DNA of 64,000 nucleotides from an uncultured Alphaproteobacteria bacterium (GTDB lineage: Bacteria > Pseudomonadota > Alphaproteobacteria > Rhodobacterales > Rhodobacteraceae), in contig CAWHTO010000001.1 in NCBI GenBank assembly GCA_963832295.1, forward strand, positions 1,025,253 to 1,089,252. Direction: 5' to 3'. Below the pieces are notes generated by a model. That model was given only the letters and a program-made list of their open reading frames with translations. It searched no databases and was not told the DNA's origin. This document shows, one piece after another, positions 49,951-58,715 of the stretch (positions within the stretch are counted from its first letter, which is position 1; the number at the start of each line of letters is the position of its first letter). The position numbers were made by a program, and so were the translations under genes.

Positions 49951-50484
49951 CTACGTCCTCGCGCTGCGCACCATCCGCTCCGCACTGATGTAGCGCGACA
50001 ATTCCGTCCATGTTTCGGGGTCCAGCAGGGTCAGCATCCCGTCATCGGTCGCATAGCCGTAGCGCAGGATTTCGCCTGTTGAGGTCTTGAAGCTCAGATG
50101 CGCTCCGTCTGACTCCAGTTCCGCCTGCTTTTCGCAGGCCCACAGGCTGGTGCCATGGTTTCGGAGCGCCCAGATGCCCACAAATGTCAGCCCATCGTCG
50201 CCAACCGCCGGGCTGAGAACGGAATAGCCGTTGTCGTCGGTAAAATCCCAGGCATCACCCGTCTCATCCTCGATCCAGGTGCCGATGGGTGTGGCACCTT
50301 CGCCCAACACGCGCCTGTAGCGTCGCCCACCCCAGACCATCACCGCACCCTCGTCCTGAAACCGCAGCACCGCGTCAGGTTCGGCGACAAAATAGCCGCC
50401 ATCCGCGGTGATCTCATAGGTCTGCGGCTGGCCGGGGACCAGCCAGATGCCAACGAGAGCGGGGTCGATATCGGTGTCTGTCAT
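49951..50484 (-). CDS. Hypothetical protein with three (V/I)G(I/T)W-containing repeats
   Basis: This is a 177-aa acidic ORF with good GC3 bias. No family was recognised. Confidence 0.6.
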   Translation of the reverse strand: MTDTDIDPALVGIWLVPGQPQTYEITADGGYFVAEPDAVLRFQDEGAVMVWGGRRYRRVLGEGATPIGTWIEDETGDAWDFTDDNGYSVLSPAVGDDGLTFVGIWALRNHGTSLWACEKQAELESDGAHLSFKTSTGEILRYGYATDDGMLTLLDPETWTELSRYISAERMVRSART

Positions 50485-50564
50485 GCCGACAGTCTGGCAC
50501 GGAATTCCAGTCCCGCCAAATGGTTAACGCGCGCGGGGCAAGTCCGGGCCCGGAGGTGAGTCCG

Positions 50565-51044
50565 TCAGGCCACAAGATCTGCCGCGCTCAGGTGGTAGGC
50601 CTGTCCGAACCCGCCGTTGAGCATCGCTGACTGGGGGGCGAAACGGACAAGGCGGAAGTCGCCGAAATCGTAGTAAAGCCGCGCTTTTGGATAGCGGCCG
50701 AGGTAGTGCCCGCGGAGCGCCGATTTGTGCGCCGGCATGGCCAGAGCCTGCAGGGTCAGGCGCGGATGTGTCAGGGGATCACCCCTGACACCGGGCTCTC
50801 CGATCAGCAGCGAGCACACCGGATTGGCATCGAGCGCGCGGGTATGCGTGGACAGGGTCGAGATCACCGTCAGCGGCATGCCGTCCGGGCCGGCGACCAG
50901 CGCGATGCGGGTGACGACAGGCGCAGCCGTCGCTGGGTCCAGCACGGCCAGCGCTGCAAAACGAGCCGTTTGGATCAGGTCCTGCGCAAGGGCCCGTGCC
51001 TCCCCGTCGGTCGGTCGGATTGTGCTGTTGGATTGCCCGGTCAT
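50565..51044 (-). CDS. Pyridoxamine 5'-phosphate oxidase-related FMN-binding (HugZ-like) protein
   Basis: The 159-aa ORF reads ...ARFAALAVLDPATAAPVVTRIALV... and ...FRLVRFAPQSAMLNGGFGQAY. Confidence 0.7.
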   Translation of the reverse strand: MTGQSNSTIRPTDGEARALAQDLIQTARFAALAVLDPATAAPVVTRIALVAGPDGMPLTVISTLSTHTRALDANPVCSLLIGEPGVRGDPLTHPRLTLQALAMPAHKSALRGHYLGRYPKARLYYDFGDFRLVRFAPQSAMLNGGFGQAYHLSAADLVA

Positions 51045-51084
51045 CGCCGCAGCCTAACGCGGGAGGGCAGGCAAGGCGAGGCCC

Positions 51085-51811
51085 TCAGAACTCCTGCCAC
51101 AGCGACAGCGACAGACCTACCGTTTCGCCGCCCGTGACCGCGCCGCGCGCGCCCAACTGCACCGATGTGCCGGGCCGGAATCTGATACACGAAGGACGGC
51201 GCGACCGTGACCAGCGGTTCCGACCCCGGCCAATCCTCGGCCTTGATCTGAAACACGGCAGAGGCGCGGTCCGACACGCTGAAGCCCAATGTGGCCTCCG
51301 CCTGATAGATCGGCTGTTCAATCTCCACGTCATAAAGCGCCACCGCGTCCAGTGTGACCCAGCCGCCCTGATGGCGCAGCGGCATGTACCATGCCTCGCC
51401 GCCGCCGCCGAACCCGCGCCCGATCGAGGCACCGAGCCGGACGAGGCCATGGGGATCTTCATCCCCCACCTGTCGCGCGCCCAGTCCGGCGTCGACCGCC
51501 ATCTGGAAAACGGCGTCCGACGTCGTCAGCGTATAGCGCAGAAACCCGACGGCCTGCTGGCTGACCTCGCCACCACCCACATCCAGCCCAAGGGTCAGGC
51601 TGCGACCAAGACCGATCTCGCCGTAGCCGCTTAGATATGTCTCGGGCTCCCACAGGCCTGCCATCAGGTCCACGGGCGCTTCTGCGGCTGAAATCTGGAA
51701 CGAAACGAACACATCGCCCGGATCCCGTGCCCATGGGCCAGCGGAAACCTGCCCACCGGACAGGGTGGACGTGATGAAAATGGAGCAAACCGTGACGCAA
51801 CAGCAACGCAT
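51085..51811 (-). CDS. Outer-membrane beta-barrel protein, frame-shifted near its 3' end (about 51180)
   Basis: The main ORF 51041..51811 has a signal peptide and alternating beta-strand pattern. The OMP-type C-terminus ...GETVGLSLSLWQEF lies in another frame (ORF 51085..51462). The span is 727 nt (3n+1). Confidence 0.65.
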
Positions 51812-52034
51812 GAAAACGATTAACGCCAGAGTTAGTTAACAAACCCCTAACGCCGTTGCCGTCCGTGCGGGTGAACCGCCATATTGAGGATCTGCCACTC
51901 TACAGATCCGGGGGGATCGCCGCTATGGCCGCTCTGCGCCACGCCAGAATACCAGTTGTTGCCTCTGCATTTCGCAGTGTGATCCGCCCGTTTGGCCGGG
52001 GGGCCGGGCCGCATGCGCGACGGAGCCTGCAGCG

Positions 52035-52874
52035 ATGAAGGAGCTGTCGAAAAACCTGAGCGCGGCGCTGGCGGATGCGGTGGCGACCAACAGTCCCCCG
52101 CGCTACTTCGGAGTTCCCACACGGCCTGCAAGCGGGCCGTTGCACGATCATGTCGTGACAGCATATCGCGGCGGCCGTGATCCGGGCGTGCAGGAGGTGC
52201 TGGCGCGACGCCACGACGCCTACGTCGATTGTCTGCGCCTGGCAGGGCTGCGCGTGCCTCAGACCTATCTGCGGCTGCTCGATGACGCGGGCGTCCAGCG
52301 TCCGGTGATTGCGCAGCGTGCGGTGGCCGATGAAATGATGCTGCCAAACCTGATCCGCAAAGCCGGACCGGACGCCGCAATCGGGCTGCTGGACCGCGTC
52401 GCGACGGATGTGGCGGAGTTTTGGCGGCGCGTGGCACAACGGCCCGAACGTGTCGGCCTGCACGCCCAGATCGACCGCTTCGGGATGGATGAGGACGGGC
52501 CGTTATATCTTGAGACCTTCCCGCCGCTGATCTCCTACAGTCGCGATGAGATGGGGCACCTGATCCAGCGCTTTGCCGACAGCGGTCTGGTGCGCGGGCT
52601 CGGCAAGGTGCTGCCGGGTCGGCTGCGTGACATGCAGGACCGCTGGTATACGCCTGCGGGATCTGTTTCGATGCTGATCGACGGCGCGCTGCGCCTGCGC
52701 CCGGATGATACGGAAGCGATTGTGGATTGGGGCCACAGGTTCGCGCACTCCCGGCTGGAGGCTCCCTGGCGCGCGCCGGTCCTGGCACAGCTTGCACGGC
52801 AGGCGCGGTTGGCAGGTCGGGGCAGCGGTCCCTGGTTGTCCGTCACGGGACGCGACCGTCGTCCCCATGCCTGA
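52035..52874 (+). CDS. Hypothetical protein (279 aa)
   Basis: It has a coding-like composition and its stop lies inside the first 27-nt repeat unit. No family was recognised with confidence. Confidence 0.6.
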   Translation: MKELSKNLSAALADAVATNSPPRYFGVPTRPASGPLHDHVVTAYRGGRDPGVQEVLARRHDAYVDCLRLAGLRVPQTYLRLLDDAGVQRPVIAQRAVADEMMLPNLIRKAGPDAAIGLLDRVATDVAEFWRRVAQRPERVGLHAQIDRFGMDEDGPLYLETFPPLISYSRDEMGHLIQRFADSGLVRGLGKVLPGRLRDMQDRWYTPAGSVSMLIDGALRLRPDDTEAIVDWGHRFAHSRLEAPWRAPVLAQLARQARLAGRGSGPWLSVTGRDRRPHA

Positions 52875-52947
52875 TACCCCCCTCCGGGGTGACATGCCTG
52901 ATGCCCCCCTCCGGGGTGACATGCCAAAAACACCCCTCCGGGGTGAC
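52867..52947 (+). repeat. Three tandem 27-nt units, each starting with ATG, in frame with trmL
   Basis: The units are ATGCCTGATACCCCCCTCCGGGGTGAC, ATGCCTGATGCCCCCCTCCGGGGTGAC and ATGCCAAAAACACCCCTCCGGGGTGAC, followed by ATGAAAATC of trmL. Each has a CCCC-TCC-GGGG hairpin and encodes MP(D/K)(T/A)PLRGD. Confidence 0.9.
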
Positions 52948-53409
52948 ATGAAAATCGTCCTGGTTCACCCCGAAATTCCCGGAAATACCGGATCGGTCGG
53001 ACGGACCTGTGTGGCACTGGATCTGGAACTGATCGTGATCCATCCTATCGGATTTGATATGTCCGAGCGTGCCGTGCGCCGCGCGGGCCTCGATTACTGG
53101 AAGCACGTCCGGCTTTCGGAATACGAGAGCTGGCACGCCTTTATGGAGGCCCGCACCCCGTCCGAAGACCAGTTGTTCCTGTTCGAGAACGGCGGCTCCG
53201 CCGGATCGGTCTATGACACCGATTACCCGCACGACGCCTATCTGGTTTTCGGCAGGGAGACCAAAGGCCTGCCCCCGGAGATCCTCGATGGCCGAGACGG
53301 GCGGACGTTTCATCTGCCGATGCGCTCGGAGCATATCCGATCGCTCAACCTCGCCAATGCGGCGACGGCGGTGATCTATCAGGCGATGCGCGCGTATCTG
53401 ACGCGATAA
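52948..53409 (+). CDS. trmL: tRNA (cytidine/uridine-2'-O-)-methyltransferase TrmL (SpoU family)
   Basis: It begins MKIVLVHPEIPGNTGSVGRTC and carries FGRETKGLP and SLNLANAATAVIYQA. Confidence 0.9.
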   Translation: MKIVLVHPEIPGNTGSVGRTCVALDLELIVIHPIGFDMSERAVRRAGLDYWKHVRLSEYESWHAFMEARTPSEDQLFLFENGGSAGSVYDTDYPHDAYLVFGRETKGLPPEILDGRDGRTFHLPMRSEHIRSLNLANAATAVIYQAMRAYLTR

Positions 53410-53547
53410 GCGCTTGCCCACCACGGTGCCGGAGCGCCGGTGAAGTCCTCCCAGGCGGTCGGGCCGCTAGTATTTCCGGCCGATCGCGACTGGATAAGCG
53501 CAGAAGGCGTGTTACCTTGTGGGACCACATCAAAAGGCAAGGCTATC

Positions 53548-53864
53548 ATGGCGCGACCCAAGAAACAGACCCCGGACCCGGTGCTCCCCCCCGAAACCCT
53601 TGAGGCAGAGGTGCGCGCACTGCGCCAGGAGTTGACGTTCCTGCGGGAGCATCAAATGTTCCGGATCTATCAATCCGTGCGCAAAGTGCTGCTCTACCGG
53701 ATGGCCATCGGCATGGCGACTGGTCTTGGCACGGTCGTGGGCGCGACGCTGTTGTTGTCGGTGATCATCTGGGCGCTCAGCCAGATTTCGTTCGTGCCGA
53801 TCCTGGCGATTTTTCTGCGCAGATGGCGCAGCGCATCCAGGAGGCTGTGGGCGAGGGGAGTTGA
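53548..53864 (+). CDS. DUF5665 domain membrane protein, frame-shifted at about 53806
   Basis: MARPKKQTPDP...LSQISFVPIL is followed, in the adjacent frame, by the expected tail GDFSAQMAQRIQEAVGEGS*. The span is 317 nt (3n+2), consistent with one missing G in CTGG-CGAT. Confidence 0.6.
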
Positions 53865-55095
53865 CCGTGCAACCGGTGGCACGCGGCCGTGCCGTCCCCT
53901 TGCCCCGAGTGTGGAACTTGCAAGGCCCGCGCCAGAGTGCATGAAATGCGGCTTGGTCCCGGACGATGTTTCTGGCGTCCGATCAGCCCCCGTCGTGTCC
54001 GGGCGCGTGGCCAACCGGGTGAAAAGATCGAAATACTGGGCCCCGATCCTGTCCCACGTGTAGTGCTCGACTGCGACGGCCTGTAGCCGGGTGTTTGCCG
54101 CCGACGGCTGACGCAGCAGGTCGGTCAGCGCCTGCGCGTCGTTGAAATACAGCGCCTGATCGTGAGTGGTCTGGCGATTGAAGATACAGTCGAACGCCAG
54201 CACCGGAAGGCCCATGTGCATCATCTCAACCAGGGCCGGGTTGGTGCCACCGGCCGAATGGCCATGGACATAGCGCGCTGCCCCCCGGCGCAAGGCGTGA
54301 AGGGGACCGGGGGCATAGACCGGATCCAGCAGGCGCAGGTGCGGGACTGATGCGAAACGGGCGCGAAGATCCCGGCCATAGGCGCTGGCATCCCAGTTTC
54401 CGACAAATACCAACGGCGCATGTGCCGCCGCGCTGGCCTGTAAAATCAATCGGACGTTGTTTTCCGGTTCTATCCGGCACAGCGCCAGCGTGTAGCCATC
54501 GGGCAGCCCCGCCGGTGTGGGGGAGGGGCGGGCAGGGGCTCGTGCCGCGTGATCGCCACCATAGGCGATGACCTCTGCGCGCGCTCCGTAGCGGGTCAGC
54601 AGATGCTCCGCCACGGCGGGGCTGTCGGCGATGATGGCGTCGGAATGGCGCACGGCAAGGGCCTCGGACCACCGCAGGAACGCGCGCGCGGGACGGGACC
54701 ATTTGGCCCTGCGCCACTCCAGCCCATCCATATGGGTCACGATCTTCGCGCCGCGCCGTGTCAACAGCGGCAAGGCAATGGCGCCCGAGACACCCAACAG
54801 CAGGGCCACATCCACCCCACGATCGAGCGCGTCGCGCAGGGTATTGGCATCATAGAGAATACTGGAGGCCCCATTGGCTTGCAGGCCGGAGTAGCGCAGA
54901 ATTCGCCTGGCCATAGATCCCGGGCCTCGCGTCGGGGTAGGCGGGGCCGCTGCAATAGACGGTCAGCAGATCCTCGCGCATGGCACGGGCGTGAAAAGTC
55001 ACGATATTGTCGGCAAGCGTCTCGAATCCGCCATAGCGGGCGGGCACGCCGACGGATCCGAGGATCGCAATGCGCAGCCCATTTTTGTTCGACAT
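53694..55095 (-). CDS. Glycosyltransferase (GT4-like with DUF1972-type N-terminus), frame-shifted at about 54905; 3' end uncertain
   Basis: The N-terminal piece from ATG 55095 reads MSNKNGLRIAILGSVGVPARYGGFETLADN... (ORF 54850..55227). The remainder, ...ILRYSGLQANGASSILYD..., is in ORF 53694..54914. The last ~80 codons overlap the convergent DUF5665 gene and are probably not real. Confidence 0.7.
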
Positions 55096-55217
55096 ATCAG
55101 TTCCTTGTGTCAATTGGGTTGCAGCGGACCATTGCGATTTAGCCCGTGATATCGCAGATTGCGGCCCAATTGCAAAACGCCCGCTCCTCGCAATGTCCCG
55201 AGCGTGTCGTTGCGTTA

Positions 55218-55233
55218 TTAACCCCATCTTAAC
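55218..55233. promoter_or_regulatory. Perfect CtrA box TTAA-N7-TTAAC in a divergent promoter region
   Basis: TTAACCCCATCTTAAC lies between the glycosyltransferase start (55095, minus) and the sugar transferase start (55324, plus). Confidence 0.5.
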
Positions 55234-55323
55234 ATTGTTCGCACAGGGTAAATTTGACGATGCCTATCTAGCGGTGGATCCGGCCAGGCAGAACGCGAGG
55301 CTGGGGACTGATCGGGGAAATTG

Positions 55324-56001
55324 ATGACTATTGTTCCGGATTTTGACCGAAGCAATTCGGTGCCGGTCCGAGCCATGGGCCAATGCAGTGCCACCCGCCC
55401 CTTGGGCGTGGGCGGGTCCGACGCGTTTTGGAGCCTGAAATCGGGGGTTGATCTGATCGGGGCGGCGCTGTTGCTGCCTGTCGTGCTGGTGCTTTCCGTC
55501 GTGCTTCTGGTGCTCAATCCGTTGTTCAACCCCGGGCCCCTGTTCTACCGACAGGTCCGGTTGGGGCGGAACTTCATCCCGTTTACGGCGCTGAAATTTC
55601 GCACCATGACGCAGCCCGGAGGCCCCCGTGGGCCGGAGGATGCGCTGGAGATCGACCGTATCACACCGCTTGGCGCAATTTTGCGACGTATGGGCCTTGA
55701 TGAACTCCCCCAGGCGGTGAATGTTCTCCGCTCGGAGATGAGCTTGATCGGACCACGGCCGGATTGCCTGCACCACGCCACAGCGTTTCTCGGCAGCATT
55801 CCGGAATACAGCCACAGGTTTTCCGTGCGTCCCGGCATGAGCGGGCTTGCCCAGGTCGAGTTGGGCTATGTTGTGGGGCGCGAGGCCACACGCGCAAAGG
55901 CGCGCAGGGACATGGACTACATCGCGCGGGCTGGGTTCGGGCTGGATCTGTGGATCGTCTGGCGCACGATCGCCTCCGTCGTTCTGGGTCGCGGCGACTG
56001 A
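55324..56001 (+). CDS. Polyprenyl-phosphate sugar phosphotransferase (bacterial sugar transferase, small PGT)
   Basis: It has one TM helix and the motifs FRTM and LDELPQAVNVLRSEMSLIGPRPD. Confidence 0.88.
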   Translation: MTIVPDFDRSNSVPVRAMGQCSATRPLGVGGSDAFWSLKSGVDLIGAALLLPVVLVLSVVLLVLNPLFNPGPLFYRQVRLGRNFIPFTALKFRTMTQPGGPRGPEDALEIDRITPLGAILRRMGLDELPQAVNVLRSEMSLIGPRPDCLHHATAFLGSIPEYSHRFSVRPGMSGLAQVELGYVVGREATRAKARRDMDYIARAGFGLDLWIVWRTIASVVLGRGD

Positions 56002-56023
56002 AAATCGTTTTCGCCTCAATTTT

Positions 56024-56779
56024 CTAGGACGTCAAAAAGCTGATCTCTCCATCCGGCGAAATCCGCGCGGCAGTGAGTTTGCCGCCATAAACAGCGCCCG
56101 TATCCGTTGCAATTCGTCCGTCCTCGGAGAATGGCGCGTCAAACGGCTGGTGCCCGAAGGCCACCCACTGCCCATCCGTGCGCTCCTCCGACAAGAATGC
56201 CTCCGCTCCCCAAAGGAGTACTTTCTTGGCCTGCGCGGTCATCGACAGCGCAGGATCCGCGCCCGCGTGCACGACCCAGAGCGGACCTGAGTGCCACGTC
56301 AGCGGCAGGGAGTGCAGCCATTCCACAAGATCGCTGCCCATCGCCTCCATCAAATCCCCGGCGGCATCCAGCAACTCGCCGGCATTGCGGCTTTCCGTCG
56401 TAAGCCCTGCGCCGACGCCGAAACTGGACAGCGTTTCCAGACCGCCATACCGGATCCACCGCTTGGCCGAGCCGGTGGGGTCGGCCAGAAAATCCAGTAA
56501 CATCCTCTCGTGATTGCCCATGAGCGCGACGAGGCGTTCGGGGTAGCGACGCGTCACGTCCGCCATGAACCGCAACACATCGGCACTGTTTTCACCACGG
56601 TCAATGTAGTCGCCCACAAAGACGACACGGGCCGTCTGGTCCGCGTGGCGCGCGATGTCATCGTCGATCCGCGCCAAAAGGCCCGCAAGCTTTTCGATGC
56701 AGCCATGTATGTCGCCGACCACAAAGACCAGCTCGCCCATCGCAGGCGCCTGCCACTGCGTCATGATTCGTCTCCCCAC
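56024..56779 (-). CDS. Metallophosphoesterase (Ser/Thr phosphatase / ApaH-like)
   Basis: It carries VVGDIHG, FVGDYIDRG and MGNHE motifs. Start candidates are 56779, 56764 and 56740. Confidence 0.85.
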   Translation of the reverse strand: MGRRIMTQWQAPAMGELVFVVGDIHGCIEKLAGLLARIDDDIARHADQTARVVFVGDYIDRGENSADVLRFMADVTRRYPERLVALMGNHERMLLDFLADPTGSAKRWIRYGGLETLSSFGVGAGLTTESRNAGELLDAAGDLMEAMGSDLVEWLHSLPLTWHSGPLWVVHAGADPALSMTAQAKKVLLWGAEAFLSEERTDGQWVAFGHQPFDAPFSEDGRIATDTGAVYGGKLTAARISPDGEISFLTS

Positions 56780-57026
56780 ACTTCAGCCGCTTGGTAGTCC
56801 ACTTCCGGGAAGGATCATAATCGAAACACTCAAGGGTCATACTGCCCCGACCGCCGGAATTGGCAAACCTTGCTGCAACCGTGTCCTGATTGCATCGGCA
56901 GCAAACTATTGTTGGCGAAGCGTGGCAGCGCCTCCACGCAACAGCGCCAACGCCATGTGCTGCCACCATTCCGAAGCTGAGGGCCGTGGTGCGACCACGC
57001 GCGCGAGCCATACAGGGGAAAAGGCG

Positions 57027-58011
57027 ATGTCAAAACTGCGAACCGCCATCTGTGGGTTTGCGATGTCGGGGCTTGCCGCTTGTGGAAGCCTCAATGTTTC
57101 CTCTTATGTGACACAGCTCGCGGGCGAAGACGGGGTGCAGGTCGTTCGCATGACACCCGCCGTCGTGGCCCAGGCAAATCGAGGCGCGGATAGCCCCCTC
57201 GTTCAGCGTCGAAGTGGCAGAGTTCAATTCCCGGCGGGTGTCCGTGGGCGGTGCAGTGCGCAGCCCCGGCGTGGTACCTGTGGGCATGACGCCGGTCTAT
57301 CTGAATGAGGTTCTGGCGTCGGCCGGCGGGCTGTCGGTCGAAAACGATGAGTTCGCCGTGATCCGCATCTATCGCGATGGCCAGATCTACCAGATCCCAG
57401 CGGAGCAGCTGTACGCAAACCGGGATCTGCAACGCATTCGCCTTGTGGATGGTGACAGTCTGTTCATCGACACCGCCTATGATTTCCAGCAGACGCAGGC
57501 CTATTTCGAAGAGGTTATCGCGCGCGCTCAATACAGCCGGGCCGCCCGCGCCGATGCGATCAGTGAGCTGCAGGCCGAAGTCTCCATCCGCCGCTCCGCG
57601 CTTGAGGAAAGCCGCCAGAACTTCCGCGACCGTGTGGAGTTGGGGGCCGAGGGCGATGAATTTGTCTATGTGGCGGGTGAAGTCACGACCCCCGGCCGGT
57701 TCCCCCTGCCGTTTGAAAACCGCGCCACGCTGGCCGACGCGCTGTTCGATGCAGGCGGCTGGAATGAGAGCACCGGCAACCCGTCGCAGATCTATCTGCT
57801 GCGCGGCCATGACGTCGGAGAGACCGTGGGCGGTGTCACGGCCTGCCGATTGGATGGCGGCAACGCTGCCAATCTGATCCTCGCCACGCGGATGGAACTG
57901 CGCCCCGGCGACGTGATTTTCATCGCCGAGCAGCCAATCACCCGCTTCAGCCGCGTGATCAACCAGATCACGCCGTCGATCATCGGCATCGGCGCACACG
58001 CGGTCCAGTAA
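57027..58011 (+). CDS. Polysaccharide export lipoprotein (Wza/SLBB-like), frame-shifted in a C5 run at 57194-57198
   Basis: A lipobox N-terminus (MSKLRTAICGFAMSGLAACGS) from ATG 57027 continues in the adjacent frame as ...PSFSVEVAEFNSRRVSVGGAVRSPG...GEVTTPGRFPL... (ORF 57214..58011). The span is 985 nt (3n+1). Confidence 0.7.
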
Positions 58012-58160
58012 CCGCTGTGCCGATTGCCCGTTCAAGGCCCGGCCCGACAGGTCCCGCAGGGCGTCTCGCCACGGATCCGCCGCCACCACCTCCGCCCGCG
58101 CGCAATCGCGATCCGCGCGAGTGGTGCGGCCTGTCACGGTCGCAAAGGAGGGTAACGGCG

Positions 58161-58595
58161 TCAGGCCGAAGGCGCTTGCTCACAGGCAAGGAACGCCTCC
58201 ACTGCCGGTGCGGCGTCCGCCAGTGCCACAGTCGCCGCGACACCGTCAATCATCGCCGTCGCGGTTTCATTGAACCGCAAACCGTCCAGCACGTTGCCAA
58301 AGCCCCGATCCGCAACGTTGACCGATCGGCCATCGTCCGAGATCACATGCCGATCCGTCGTGATCAGATTGGGCTGCGCGCCGTCAAACCGGATGCCGAA
58401 CGTGCCCATGGGCCACAGGCCGTCAATGGTCCAGGTAATCGTGTACAGGGGCCCGCCCGGATCATAGGTCAGCCGGATGTCACTGCCACGCTCCGAATGC
58501 GTCAAGGTGCAGACGGGACCGACCCGACCTGCCTCCCACGCGTTTGCGGCGGGTGCGATAAACAGTGCCATCAAAAGCAGAAGCGTGCGTTTCAT
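58161..58595 (-). CDS. Secreted hypothetical protein
   Basis: The start is at ATG 58595 (MKRTLLLLMALFIAPAANA signal peptide). No family was recognised. Confidence 0.6.
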   Translation of the reverse strand: MKRTLLLLMALFIAPAANAWEAGRVGPVCTLTHSERGSDIRLTYDPGGPLYTITWTIDGLWPMGTFGIRFDGAQPNLITTDRHVISDDGRSVNVADRGFGNVLDGLRFNETATAMIDGVAATVALADAAPAVEAFLACEQAPSA

Positions 58596-58715
58596 GCGGT
58601 GGAAGATGGCGCTGTTCATCAGAAAGGCAAGGGGCGGCGCGTCGGCACACGAACGCCGCCACCCCGTGAAAGAGGCCGCGGCGCGGTGTTGTGTCAGGGT
58701 CGTGCCGGGCGGTCG

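Noticed and set aside
51835-51850. Near-consensus CtrA box GTTAA-N7-CTAA upstream of the OMP gene; similar weaker sites at 36346, 36396 and 60417
   Set aside because: They carry one or more mismatches to TTAA-N7-TTAAC. Half-sites are frequent enough that only the two perfect boxes were reported as features.
51847-52797. 316-aa minus-strand ORF
   Set aside because: It is an extremely Arg/Pro/Ala-rich shadow of the plus-strand gene 52035..52874.
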